A program made the translations under genes and the position numbers. Shown one piece after another: positions 1 to 19,131 of a stretch of 64,000 bases of DNA (the first letter of the stretch is position 1; each line of letters starts with the position of its first letter). Under the pieces are notes generated by a model, which ran no database searches, was not told the DNA's origin, and worked only from the letters and a program-made list of their open reading frames with translations. The stretch comes from Bugula neritina (lineage: Eukaryota > Animalia > Bryozoa). The stretch covers positions 27,420,628 to 27,484,627 of the forward strand of contig OZ037767.1 in the NCBI GenBank assembly GCA_964035545.1, in the 5' to 3' direction.

Positions 1-571
1 ACGACCAACAAAAGGCAAGCTTCAGCTTTTTATTAAACTCAAGTTCCTCTTGGAGTTTTTCTTCCCAAAGATGTCTAATAACTGTTGACTCTGCAAACAT
101 CAAATCTGTAAAAAAATTTCAAAAGAGTGTATTGATTCACAATATAGTATGTATTTCGTATTTAAAACCTAAATATAATACAACAATACAACTTTGGGAG
201 TTTTATAAAATATTCAGTTTTGATATCTCGTTTTAACTTGTGTACCCAGGAAGGCCAGTTAACATGCCAACTTGTACTCACCATGCTAATTTTTGAAGTT
301 TGTCAACTAAATGTTTGCCTGCTAAGCCGATATTCACCTCTAGGCAAGGGCTAAACAGAGATAAAAACTACTAAAATTTTAAAAAATCGAGCAATTGATC
401 AAAAGTACTTCATGTTTGCACTCTAAAAATGCTGTTGGTATTGTTGAACATGTACTCTGAGTGGCCGCTGTGATGTCAGGATTAAACAGTTCCTAGCACC
501 ATGCCATGCACTCTCCAGGCTTACCATATCTTACAGAAGTGTGAATTTATATGCCAGATTAATACTTGTAG

Positions 572-3500
572 AGTTTAGCTCTGGATTGGCTCTCAATGGT
601 ATTCATGTTGGGATACATTCCTCTTATCTTACCAGCCACGTGGCTGCTAGACAGAAAGGGTCTCAGAATTATTGCTATTCTAGGAACGCTTCTCAACTGT
701 TTGGGTAACTCTTATAGCTAATAGCTATATAGTATTTTCACCTTAACTGTATTGATTGCAACAATTTTATAAATAACAAATAAGTTTTCTAGGGGTTTAT
801 TTGAAAGGTTTATTAAAACAAACACTAATTTTTTTCTCCGATGATAAATAAACAATAATAAATCAATAAACCAAAATAAAAGAATAGTTTTCAAATATGC
901 TTCATGTAACTTATTCACAGAATTTTTTTTTGTCAATCGAGTGGTTTTATAAGTTCACGAAACCACATATAATTAACATTATGCTGTGTCAAAGTAATAT
1001 ATGTTTCAATAGACTGATAGGGCAATGGGTAGATATTTCAACCAGCTAAAGTGTTGCAAGAATATGCTATGTGGGTCACAGTTCCAGTTAATGACTGCCT
1101 ATTTTAGGCCATTCATAATTAAATAACTGGTAATAATATCTATATTTAAAACTCATAAAAATAGAATTATAGAATTTCCTATCAGATGTAGAAGCAATCA
1201 TCAAAGTAATTATAGTAACAGCTGTAAGGCAGCATTGTTGAGCTAACATACAGTAAGTATTGTGTAAATATTGCTCTTTTATCTGTTAAAAGGTGCCTGG
1301 ATGAAATGTGCAGCTGTTTCTCCAGATAGATTCATGGTGCTTATGGCAGCCCAAACTGTCTGCTCTATAGCCCAAGTATTCATACTGGGGATGCCTGCAA
1401 GAGTGGCTGCTGTTTGGTTTGGTCCAAGTCAAGTCTCGACTGCAACTTCTTTAGGAGTGTTTGGAAATCAGGTAACTAGAGCCTCTTATTAAATATACTA
1501 GTATCTCTCTCACTGGAGGTTATAGGTGTATTAATGGAGAAATTGAGAAAAGCCTGCGTTCTAAATTAGAAATGATTTTATGTAAAAATGGCACAGGTAA
1601 TAACGGCGCCAGTAATAAGGGCATGAATGAAAAGTAGGAAAAAATGGCACACTGATGTTAAATTTTCCCAAACCCCGAACTCAAACCCTCAACCCTTAAA
1701 TTCCAACCCCAAACTCAAACCCTCATTCCCAAACCTAAACCACCCATTTTAAACACCCAACTCTACCCCAAACCATAATATTGAAAATGTGCCATTTTTA
1801 CCTACTTTGTCATTTGTGCCCTTATTATCTGTGCCATTTTTAACTTGCCATTTTTACCAAACACAAGTTATTGCAATACTTGGATTAACAGACTTCATGT
1901 ATATATTTTGTAGTTAGGTACTGCTGTGGGATTTGTCTTACCTCCTTATCTAGTGAGAATTGATGAAGACTTGAGTGTTACTAGTCGAGGGTTAAACTAT
2001 CTGTTTTATAGTGGAGCTGGCTACACCACTTTTCTCTTTATACTAGTCTTACTATGTACGTACAGCATCTCTAACTGATAGTACTTACTCTTTATATTAG
2101 TATTACTATGTATGTACAACTCTAACTGATAGTACTTACTCTTTATACTAGTCTTACTATGTACGTACAACATGGGTAACTAGTGGTACTTACCATGTGA
2201 ATGCAATATTTCTAACTAGTGGTATACTTACTTTTTAATATAGTCTTACAGTGTGCAGCCTACAACATATATAACTCATAGAGACTTCTTGAGTGAAACT
2301 AATGCTTTTGACTGACACTTGAATAGTTTTATACGCACAGGCATACACACAGTTTCATGAGTTGAAATATTGGCCAATAAGGAGGTGTAGTCAGTTTGAA
2401 AAATAATATATAGCTGTAGTTTATACTAGAATATATTTGAAGGTAGCATTTGAAGAAAAATTTCAAGCTGCACTGCGATATATGTTATAACTGTGGGCTG
2501 ACAATTTCTATCGACATTTGTGTAGCAGCCATAGCTGTGATTCTGTTATTAAACAAATATTTACAGTTTTCTGGAAGGAGCCAATAAAGCCACCAAGTAT
2601 AGCGCAACACAAGATAGTTCAGGCTGCAGCAGAAGAGAACTACTTAGCTTCATTACTTCGTCTTCTGAAAAATTGGCCATTTGGTTTACTGGTCATCAGT
2701 TACGGTGAGACAACTCCCTGCTATATTTCTCTGTTTTGATGAGTCATTGCAGAAGTTCATGATATGCAGTTTTTATGTCTCTGGTAATAACAAAGTATTA
2801 ATTTAGATGTATTAGTAAATTTAAGTTCGTGAATTATTTAATTTACTAAATAGGAGTATATATAATTTGATGGTGCTTAGTATAGCTAATAATACATGCT
2901 AAATAAAAATGTGTTCTGCTTACCAATAATTTATTGCTGATTAAATTTATTCAGTTTACAATAATAAATAACAAAATCAAGCATTTTTAGACAATATTAA
3001 AGTTATAAAATCTACTTCTGCTATATTATAACATACATCTATTTTATAATCTATACATGTTCTATGATCTACATAATATGTTTATGGTATATAATAGTGT
3101 GCTTCAAATATCTACTTGTAACTTATTATGATGCTTTGTATTGAATAATAAAGGTATAATTTCAGAGTTGTCTTACTAAAATTAAACTATAAATATCAAG
3201 CTATAGAATGTTTTGTAGGTCTAAATGTTGGTGTATACTATGCAGTGAGCACATTGCTGAATCCAATCATCTTGGGATTCTACGATGTAAGTGGAACTAT
3301 GATATAATCATGAAATATGCATGTCTTATTCTGCAAGGCAGCTGTGCCCACTTGCTGGATCCATAACAATAGTTCCAGGCACTGAACTGTTTGTTAAATG
3401 AACTATTTGATTACAAGGAAGTATTGGGAGAGAGTTGAATTATGGGAAGCTTTAATTACCAAGAAGTGTTGAGTAACAGAAAGTATTGAATTATGGAAAT

Positions 3501-5358
3501 TGTTAAATAACAGGAAGTTTTGAATTGCAGGAAGCGTTGCATCCCGATATCAATACTGACTGTGGTTGGATTGGGCTGACGTTGGTGATTGCAGGTCTCC
3601 TCGGAGCAGTTATAGCCGGAGTCTGGCTCGACAAAACTAAACTTTTCAAGTAACTCAACACATGTCACCTTTTCTAGTTTTAAATACTATTTTATATATA
3701 TTACAGCCATCTGCAGTATCAATACAATTATTATATTAATTAGACTGGCTAAATGAGAACTTGAAGCTCTTGAAAGTAGTGGTCTTATATGTGTAAAGTA
3801 ATAGCCACTCGATAAACTGTAATTACAAGTATTTGTCAACACTTGTTGCAGGATGACTACTGTTGGAATCTATGCTTTAATACTGGTTAGCACGCTAGTA
3901 TTTACATTTACTCTGTATGTGGATAAAATCTGGGTTGTGTATCTCACATCAGGAATTGTAGGGTAAGTTGATAGCATCTGCATTATATCAACAGTCATTA
4001 AACTTTGTACTTAATTAAATATATTATATATTACTTCTAGAACTACTTGTAAGTTACAGCTTTAGCAGTAAAACATAACAAATAGATAATGAACGTGGTT
4101 TTGTATTTAGGTTTTTCATGGCTGGATATCTTCCTGTTGGTTTTGAGTTTGCTGCCGAGCTGACATACCCGGAGTCAGAGGGCACTTCTTCTGGTCTACT
4201 CAATGCATCTGCACAGGTGATGGTGGTTTCTATTTGTATAAATATGGTAGCTAGTGCACCAGAAACTAATTAGTTCAGCAAAGGGTGTATATTATAGAGT
4301 TTCTATTACAAATTAATGTTGTTATAATGAAACACTTGAAAGAAAAACCATGTAGTGCTGCCTACATTTCTAGTTTTATAATGTGATGGAGTAATTCTCT
4401 TCAGTATTTCTCTCCAAATAAGCTAACAATGCAGATATCAGTAGCATATAATATAGTAGATTCTCACACTCATATTATCCATACTTACAGCTGTTTGGTA
4501 TCGTCTTGACACTAGCCATGGGCGCAATGCTTAGAGCCGACGGTGACAGGAGAAAAAACACCAGGGACTCTCTTCTCTTAGCTAGTGGAATCCTGCTATT
4601 AGGTGGCATATTAACAGGTAATACAACTCCCACTCAAAACAAATGAGTGATCGGAGTTTACCGAAGGCAGTGCTTGCTATTTAGTTCCATCTGAATAAGT
4701 CTATCGTAACTGAGTTTAGTGGTTGTAAGAACAAATCAGTAGGTTCAAGAACTGGAAGTTAACATAATCTTTACTGCAATATATTATGTTGAATGAACCA
4801 TTATAATTGTATAATTTTAGTGGTGATAAAAAATAACTTGTTCAGACAAAGAGCAGAAAACCAGACGGTAAGTTTCTATTAAATATTTCTCCCATCACTA
4901 ACACTCACTGCCATAATTGGTTCAGACATTACTGGTGAAATACTATTAATTTCACTAAACCTCACCATTTTGTTTGTAAAATAATTTAATCCTAACCAAA
5001 ACTTTAAAGTGTAAAAGCTTTAGTGGAAAAGCATGTAGTATTTACAGCTCATTAGATGCACAATGCTGTCACCAGACTTCAGTGTATTATTTGAGTTGAC
5101 AGTTATTGCTGCTGATAAGTTTGTGTGGTAATCTGATTATCACATGGAAAAACTGTAAACTCCGAGCCATGAATGTTACTTAGGCTTGTTGCAGAAAATA
5201 TATGTTTTTCCTAATTTATAAGTAACTTTCTTCGAATTAACATTCATAACTGAATTCCTAGTCACAACAACCACAAATACTGATTCAAGACTCTATTTTA
5301 TTAGGAAGAAGATGGAAAATCTAAGAGCAGTATAGAGACTACAAGTAAAGAAGTTTAG
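572..5358 (+). CDS. FLVCR: FLVCR-family (SLC49) MFS transporter (choline/ethanolamine/heme-type); 5' exons lie upstream of the window
   Basis: GT-AG exons about 572-704, 1293-1471, 1914-2055, 2567-2704, 3219-3286, 3531-3649, 3852-3962, 4111-4216, 4491-4617, 4821-4867, 5305-5358 join in frame. Motifs [76 protein letters not shown] match FLVCR1/2. Stop TAG 5356-5358. Confidence 0.9.
1582..1866. mobile_element. Foldback-like MITE: modular inverted arms (TAAAAATGGCACA / TGTGCCATTTTTA) around a C/A-rich AAACCC-like core
   Basis: Left arm 1582-1652 is the approximate reverse complement of right arm 1788-1857. Core of degenerate aaaccc/aaactc units. A right-arm fragment recurs at 57811-57863. Confidence 0.75.
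2036..2194 (+). repeat. About 53-bp tandem repeat that re-copies the FLVCR splice donor
   Basis: Unit ctttatactagtcttactat|gtacgtaca...ctaactgatagtacttact occurs about 3 times; first copy spans the exon end at 2055. Confidence 0.8.
3405..3539 (+). repeat. Degenerate 17-18-bp tandem repeat ending on a FLVCR splice acceptor
   Basis: Units such as gagtaacagaaagtattg, aaataacaggaagttttg, aattgcag|gaagcgttg; last copy spans the acceptor at 3530/3531. Confidence 0.6.
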
Positions 5359-5489
5359 CATACTACAGAACATTCACCACTCTAGTAGGAAAGATGATAT
5401 AAAAAGTAGTAATGATCGTCATGATAAAATGTAATATATATTTTATAATTTACTAACCAAGGGCTACTCATGGAGCCAGTTTTGCTGTA

Positions 5490-8553
<3,064 letters not shown>

Positions 8554-8689
8554 TACTTCTGTTAGAGTTGCTTTCCCAACTAATTTACAGAAAGGCTGAA
8601 AATACATATGAATTTAACAAGACCATACAACAATAATGATAAACAAATTATTTACCTCTGAAACTCTCACTTAAATTATTATTAGCGAA

Positions 8690-9230
8690 AATAAATGAGC
8701 CAGTACCACCATCACCATGAACATCATCATCATGCATTTGTGAATGCAGTGTTCATGTTGAACTTTCACCATCATAATGATCATAACCATTAAAATTATT
8801 AATAATGATAATGAACTCATTTCTAATTCTATAATAATAATGATAATCATAATGCTCATACTGATGCTTACAATGCCAAAAATCTTTTGCCCAGCAACAA
8901 GTACATCCACAAGCAGTAGTACTCAGTAGCAGCACTAGTAGTAGTAGTATTACTACTCTATTAGTACTAGTAGTACTATCAGTATCACTATGAGTATGAG
9001 TCATACTGTATGAGTACGAGGCATAAGCATGTCTATTGTAGTACCTGTACTAGTAGTAGTTGTACTACTACAACTACAAGTAATACTATCAGTATTAGTA
9101 TTAGTATCACTATTAGTAGAGGCTTCAAGTTGAGTCCCATTTTTGTCATCACCCATCATCATTGTGATTGTCATCATGATCATGTGATTGCGATCCATCA
9201 TTTATCATTATCATTATGATGATGACTTAA
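8690..9230. repeat. Cryptic 3-/6-bp periodic low-complexity tract at the 5' end of SRM copy A
   Basis: ATC/ATG-rich flanks around an AGT/ACT core with cagtat cactat gagtat gagt units; source of several spurious ORFs. Confidence 0.7.
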
Positions 9231-9404
9231 TTTTAAAAGTATGCTTTATAATTATCATTATGATTTCATCAGTAGAGTCATAAATCGAATGCAAATAAGT
9301 CAAGCAGTCATAAATATATGAATGAACTCTTCATATTGTCATATAATGATGAAAGACTATACTTTATAGATACAATATCTATCATTTTGGTTTCAACTCT
9401 TCCA

Positions 9405-9510
9405 CTATTAGTCGCACGTGGTGGAGGGCGAATGCTACAAATGTACTTGTCAAGTACAACGCCAGCGTGATATATGACCTTTAAACCAAGCGAAATAACC
9501 CGCCACAATT
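9405..9510 (-). promoter_or_regulatory. Probable core promoter of SRM copy A: CpG-enriched patch with E-box CACGTG
   Basis: Local CpG cluster in a CpG-poor background; CACGTG at 9415-9420. SRM is an established Myc target in mammals. TSS is inferred only. Confidence 0.35.
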
Positions 9511-10898
9511 AGACAACTCCCACCTGTCTGTATAATAGTTGGTTATAGTGCAGATGCTGGTACACCTCCAAGTTGTAATTATTGCATTGTGCATAGCGTT
9601 TTCTCCAGTCTAAGAAACCAACTCCACTTGGTCAGCAAAGTTTGTTTTTGTTTTTACTGACAATGGTGGGTTTTATGGAGGTTGACCCATATGTTATTTC
9701 TTGGCAATATGACTGTAAATCTCACACCTATAAAGTGATAGCATGTTTGCTGCCACAAACAATGCTACATTCACATGGATATTGAACAAAATATCACTGA
9801 AAGGTTGTTGAAGTTTGTCCAACTTCGAATACTATTCTTAAGCTTATGCCAATAGTAGAAAATATTAGCTGATGTGCAAGAAAACTCCACGAAGCTTACA
9901 ATACTTATGAGATTTATTTAAGACAATACATACAAATTTAACAAAACAAGATTCACACAACTCTGTAAGTACAAGTATATATAGATGATAATGTAATAGA
10001 AATATTAGTAAAAGTAGTACAATGAATAATAAAACCGACTTCTCCAGTTACACAACAATGTGGAGAAGTAAGAGTGGAGAGAGCAATGCTTCAACTCTCT
10101 GGAAAATGCTTTGCTTCCATGATTTTCATATTGATTAAATTTTCGTAAGGCAAGTAGCTGAAAACATTAAATTAATAATGAAATAATAAGAACTTACAAT
10201 AAGGATACAGCAACCAAAAATTAAGCACATACAGCTACTACTGCATTTTTAAAGAGCTCTGTGTATGTTTTTCCTGCCATGAACAGTGGATTGTGGGTAT
10301 TCAAGCAGCACCGCTACAGCCTGCTAACACACTGTCACAATGGTAGCATTTTCATTCAGCGACAAGCATTCTGATCCCAATGTAAATCAAGAAAACTGAT
10401 AAATAGCAGGTTCGCAGCGAAGTATTAGTTTCCCAAGTAGGAGTAGTAGAAGTAGTGAGAGTTTATAGACACAAGATTTATCAGGGGCCACGCCTTACAT
10501 TATCAACGAGTTTACAACTGATGCTGGCTATACGGCTCAAGGCAAGACAGACAACTCCTAGTTGTATTATGAGCTGTTCAGCTATGTGATGACTAGATGC
10601 TTCCTTGAATCAATGACACCATCAAATAATAAGAGAGTAAATAGGTACTAGTGGACTAATTCACTATACTAGTTAGTGTCTAATGCTACAATCAGGTTTG
10701 TGACAGTATAATATAGTATATCCTGTACCTACAGCTTTAGTAGCCGACTAGACAAATATAGTTTAAACTTAAACAATGTGACAGTGTGGGGGGGGGGAAG
10801 GTGTACGTCCCACCAGCCCACCACTTTTAATGTCAGCTGAACTGTTACTAGCAGTAGTAGAATTACAGGCTCTTGTGTACACGTATCAGTTATATAGT

Positions 10899-15340
<4,442 letters not shown>

Positions 15341-17099
15341 TTTAATCAATAAATACTGTAAGCTAGAATATCATCTAATCAAACCACGGACTGAGTAAGC
15401 AAGGCCGGCTCAAGCAGAATGACAAAAGTTTTCCTGCCCTCTACCTGAGCACTGAAACTGCCAATAACCAACCTGTTGGATACAACAGCAGTGACGTATC
15501 AAATACGTACTCATATCAACTTCAAGTGCTAATAATGATAAACTGATAATAATTCAGAGATTAAAAAATTGGCTAGAGCAAACAAGTTTCAACTTGTCTA
15601 AAAAGTTTCTGCTTAGAACATATTTAGGTGACTGTAATTATACTTTACTAAAGGCTGGTATTACATGAATATTATATTGATTGACTAGTCTAGTCTATCA
15701 GTTGAATAGACTTTAACTGGAGCTTTAAATAGACACCACGCATTCTCAGAGAATGAACTTTATTAAACATAATATCAAGAGCTTATAATTATATTTCATT
15801 GCAACTTTTGGGAAACTCAGTATTAAGGTGAATAATCAATAACTGTTAGCAAATTCTTAAAATTTACTTGAATGTAAAATCATTCATTTCAACACATATG
15901 TTCTGTTACAAGTCGGAATTATTTAGCATTGGTAATTCCCAAATATTCTGTCTATGAAATCGAATACTGGTTACAGTTAACACATAAATGAGAAAGATTT
16001 TCCTTTTAACATAAAAGCCAGTTAACTTGCCAAATCACAATGACTATCACCAACTCTTACAGTAACTTGAAGTATTATATATAAGACTTGTTTACTAGAG
16101 CATTATTTTCTGCTATGACTTAGAATATGTGAGTATGCATATAATGCATCAAACCATCGTAATTATCCGTAAACAGATACAAATGTTAATTTGAGTCACA
16201 GTTGCTATTACATCAATAGTATGCTCTATCAAACTACTGGTAGCATTTAGGGAGGATTGTCAGAATGAATATTATCTAAGCACCTTCATTACAATAGTGA
16301 TCAAACAATATCTAAGTTCTAATAAACCCTTAAACATTATTATGATACTCCAAGAATTAGTGATTTAGTCTTATACAATTACTGTCAGAGGGATGTTATA
16401 CAATTGACAATTATTACAAGATTCATCATCGTCAATTTTCATTCCATACCAATTTATCATCTTCATTATTTTTCAAACCACTTGGATTTTATAAATTCAA
16501 GTTTTAGTTTTACAAAACAATAATCAATCGCAACCATCTACTTGGTGACACTGACAGTAATACTAATAGGGGAATATAGTCAGGTTTGATATACAATCAT
16601 TAGTATCACAATGAAATTAAAAAAGGAATTAAATATATTGATATTCATTCCAACTGCAATTTAACATAATTTTGTTTTAATGAAAAAGTAACAACATGAT
16701 TATAGCATTAACAAAAAAAAAACAATTTCAGACTATCAATAAATGTGAAAATTCAACTGCTTTGTCTAATAACTAAATGCCTTAATTATTCAAACCTAAA
16801 GTTATGACTAATGTTTATGCTAAGCCTGAGGCTAATGTTATTTTAATTACAATGAATTAAATAACAATTTTATTTTATTTTTTAAATAAGTACAACTCAT
16901 TTACCATTGTGATTGTCACTGTAACTTCACTTTGAGATATTCAGAACTATAACGCACAATCATAATCATTATGATTATTATATAAATATGAAAACCAATT
17001 TAATTTTAAAATAAATGTGAAAGAAAAAATAGATAACGTAACATCAGTTTTGGGTTACTCGCCGCCTAAATCAACAAAGTCGCAGGAAAATGTAAAATT

Positions 17100-17780
17100 A
17101 AATCAGTGAAAAAGTCAATAAAACAATCTGCCTTCGGCCAACCAGTAACTATAAGTGTAACACTAACTCAAACTGTAAGTCAAAGTGTAATACTATCCCT
17201 AAGACAGTAAGAGTAAGTCTAACAGTAACATTAAGTTTAAGATTACCATTAGACTTACTGATTAGAGTAACTCACTCTTGGACGTAACAATAACAATTAT
17301 AATCCCGATCCGAATGAGCTACACTTAGTCTCACACTTGACTTAAAGTTAAACCAGAGTTACTTTTACTTTTAGTTTTACTCTTACAGTTACTGCTAGAC
17401 TTACACTTACAGTTAGTGTTACTTTCAGTGTTAAACTTAACGTCAGAGTACCGCATTTGGCTTCGCTATCAGTATCACCACCAAGTGATCACACATCAGT
17501 ATTAGTATAGGATTACTATTAGTATTAGTTATAGTTAATTATAGTAATAATCATTATAATCATAATGTTAAAACTAAAGTACTACTCAAAGTGAAAATCC
17601 AGCTCAAACCGAATAACATTAACTATAAGTAAACTGTAACTTTCCACTGTCAGTGTTACTGAAATCCAAAGTGAAAATCATTATCAAAAAGTGAAACTGA
17701 AAATTTCAGCTTCAAGTTCAGGTTTAAAACTATCAAGACAAACTCAAACTAAAACTAAAAGCAACAGAAACTGAAAGCCG
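17100..17780. repeat. 6-bp periodic SWSWWW tract in the GNB1 first (5' UTR) intron
   Basis: gtgtaa cactaa ctcaaa ctgtaa gtcaaa gtgtaa ... cagtaa gagtaa gtctaa cagtaa; later gagtta ctctta cagtta cactta gtgtta. Confidence 0.75.
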
Positions 17781-17944
17781 AAAGGAGTACAATGTAAATA
17801 AATTATCTTAAAACAAACCTTCAGCTATATTAAACTAGTTTTATCAGGAAAAATTTAAGACATTAGATTGCAACAAATCAAATTTTTACTATTAGGGTAT
17901 TGTCTATGACTTTTCAATTTTAAAGTTCAGTAGTTATTATTATT

Positions 17945-18015
17945 GTCGACACCGTTTTAATGCATCTATACGCGGAAGTCAACGGATTACTCTTTGGATA
18001 ACCACTTGCGAGCCC
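17945..18015 (-). promoter_or_regulatory. Probable GNB1 core promoter with ETS-type CGGAAGT
   Basis: CpG-enriched patch just upstream of the inferred non-coding exon 1; CGGAAGT at 17973-17979. Confidence 0.4.
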
Positions 18016-19131
18016 TTCAGAAATAAAAAAATACTTATTCCAATTAACAATGTGTGAAAGAAAAAATATATTGATAAAATTAAATAATTAAATTTGCATG
18101 TATAAATTTTGTTTAAAATTGTTTTTTGTTTAAACAGTTTCAATTTTATGTATTGAGATTATAATATATCACGGGTCGATTGCAAAGTAAAGATAACTCT
18201 AGCTACTTCTCAAATTTTGATCTGAGAAAACAACTCATAAATAATAAAATTAAATTATGAAATCTATTTGTGGTAATATTCTAGTTTTTATAGTTGTAAG
18301 TTGTCACATATATTTTCAAAATGATGTTTTTGACCCGCTAAAGCAAACCAGAAACTGAAGATGTTGCTATTAGGATACAGAATTGAATTAACTTTGGACA
18401 ATAATATGTGCTGTAAATTATCTACACCTTGGATCAGTCAAGTTTGTTTTATAAACTATGTTTTAGTACAATAGATATTGAAAAGTGTAGCAAATAGGCG
18501 GATCTTTAAAGGTTGGTAAGTTCAAGTGACAAGTGTGCATACAGAAGTTTGAAATTATGTGCAGGTGCAGGCCTGTTTTAGTATCAACATCAAACCAGTG
18601 AACCATTTTTGCAATCAACGTTTTTGCCAAGCATCTAAATTAAAACTCTTTGGTTTAACTCAATTTTTATCTAAATTTTAAAAATGCCAAGTATTGATGT
18701 TAAACAGACAAATATTAGCAGGCAGAAAATATTTTCAACAGAACGTTTATATTTAAACACCAAAAACTACATATTTTTGTTATACAAGTACTACAGCACC
18801 TATTTGTTCTGATAAAAGAATATGAATATGCAAAGAACAGTGAATAGTATAGAAAACATGTCCAAAACGGAGTTGTACAGTCAATCTCCTGTCATATCAC
18901 TAGTAAAGTATATTACCACAAATTATTAAATGCCAATAAAGTAAATAAGTTCAGGAGTAGTGTGATATAAGATGATATAAATAGCTATAGATACAACATA
19001 TCCAGTAGAAACCATGCTTTAACAATTTCTCAAAAATTGAGATAAAAATCAACACTTGTAAATTATTGTCTATAGAAACTGTTTCAAGATCCCTTGCTGC
19101 TATGAAAGCAGCATTGTAGAGCAAAGCCTGT

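Noticed and set aside
8671-9219. Four Met/Ile/Thr/Ser-rich ORFs on both strands
   Set aside because: By-products of the triplet and hexamer periodic tract; no family motifs.
15363-15374. uORF ATG ATA TTC TAG upstream of GNB1
   Set aside because: Probably lies within a 5' UTR intron of about 89 nt (cag|gtagag ... cttacag|).
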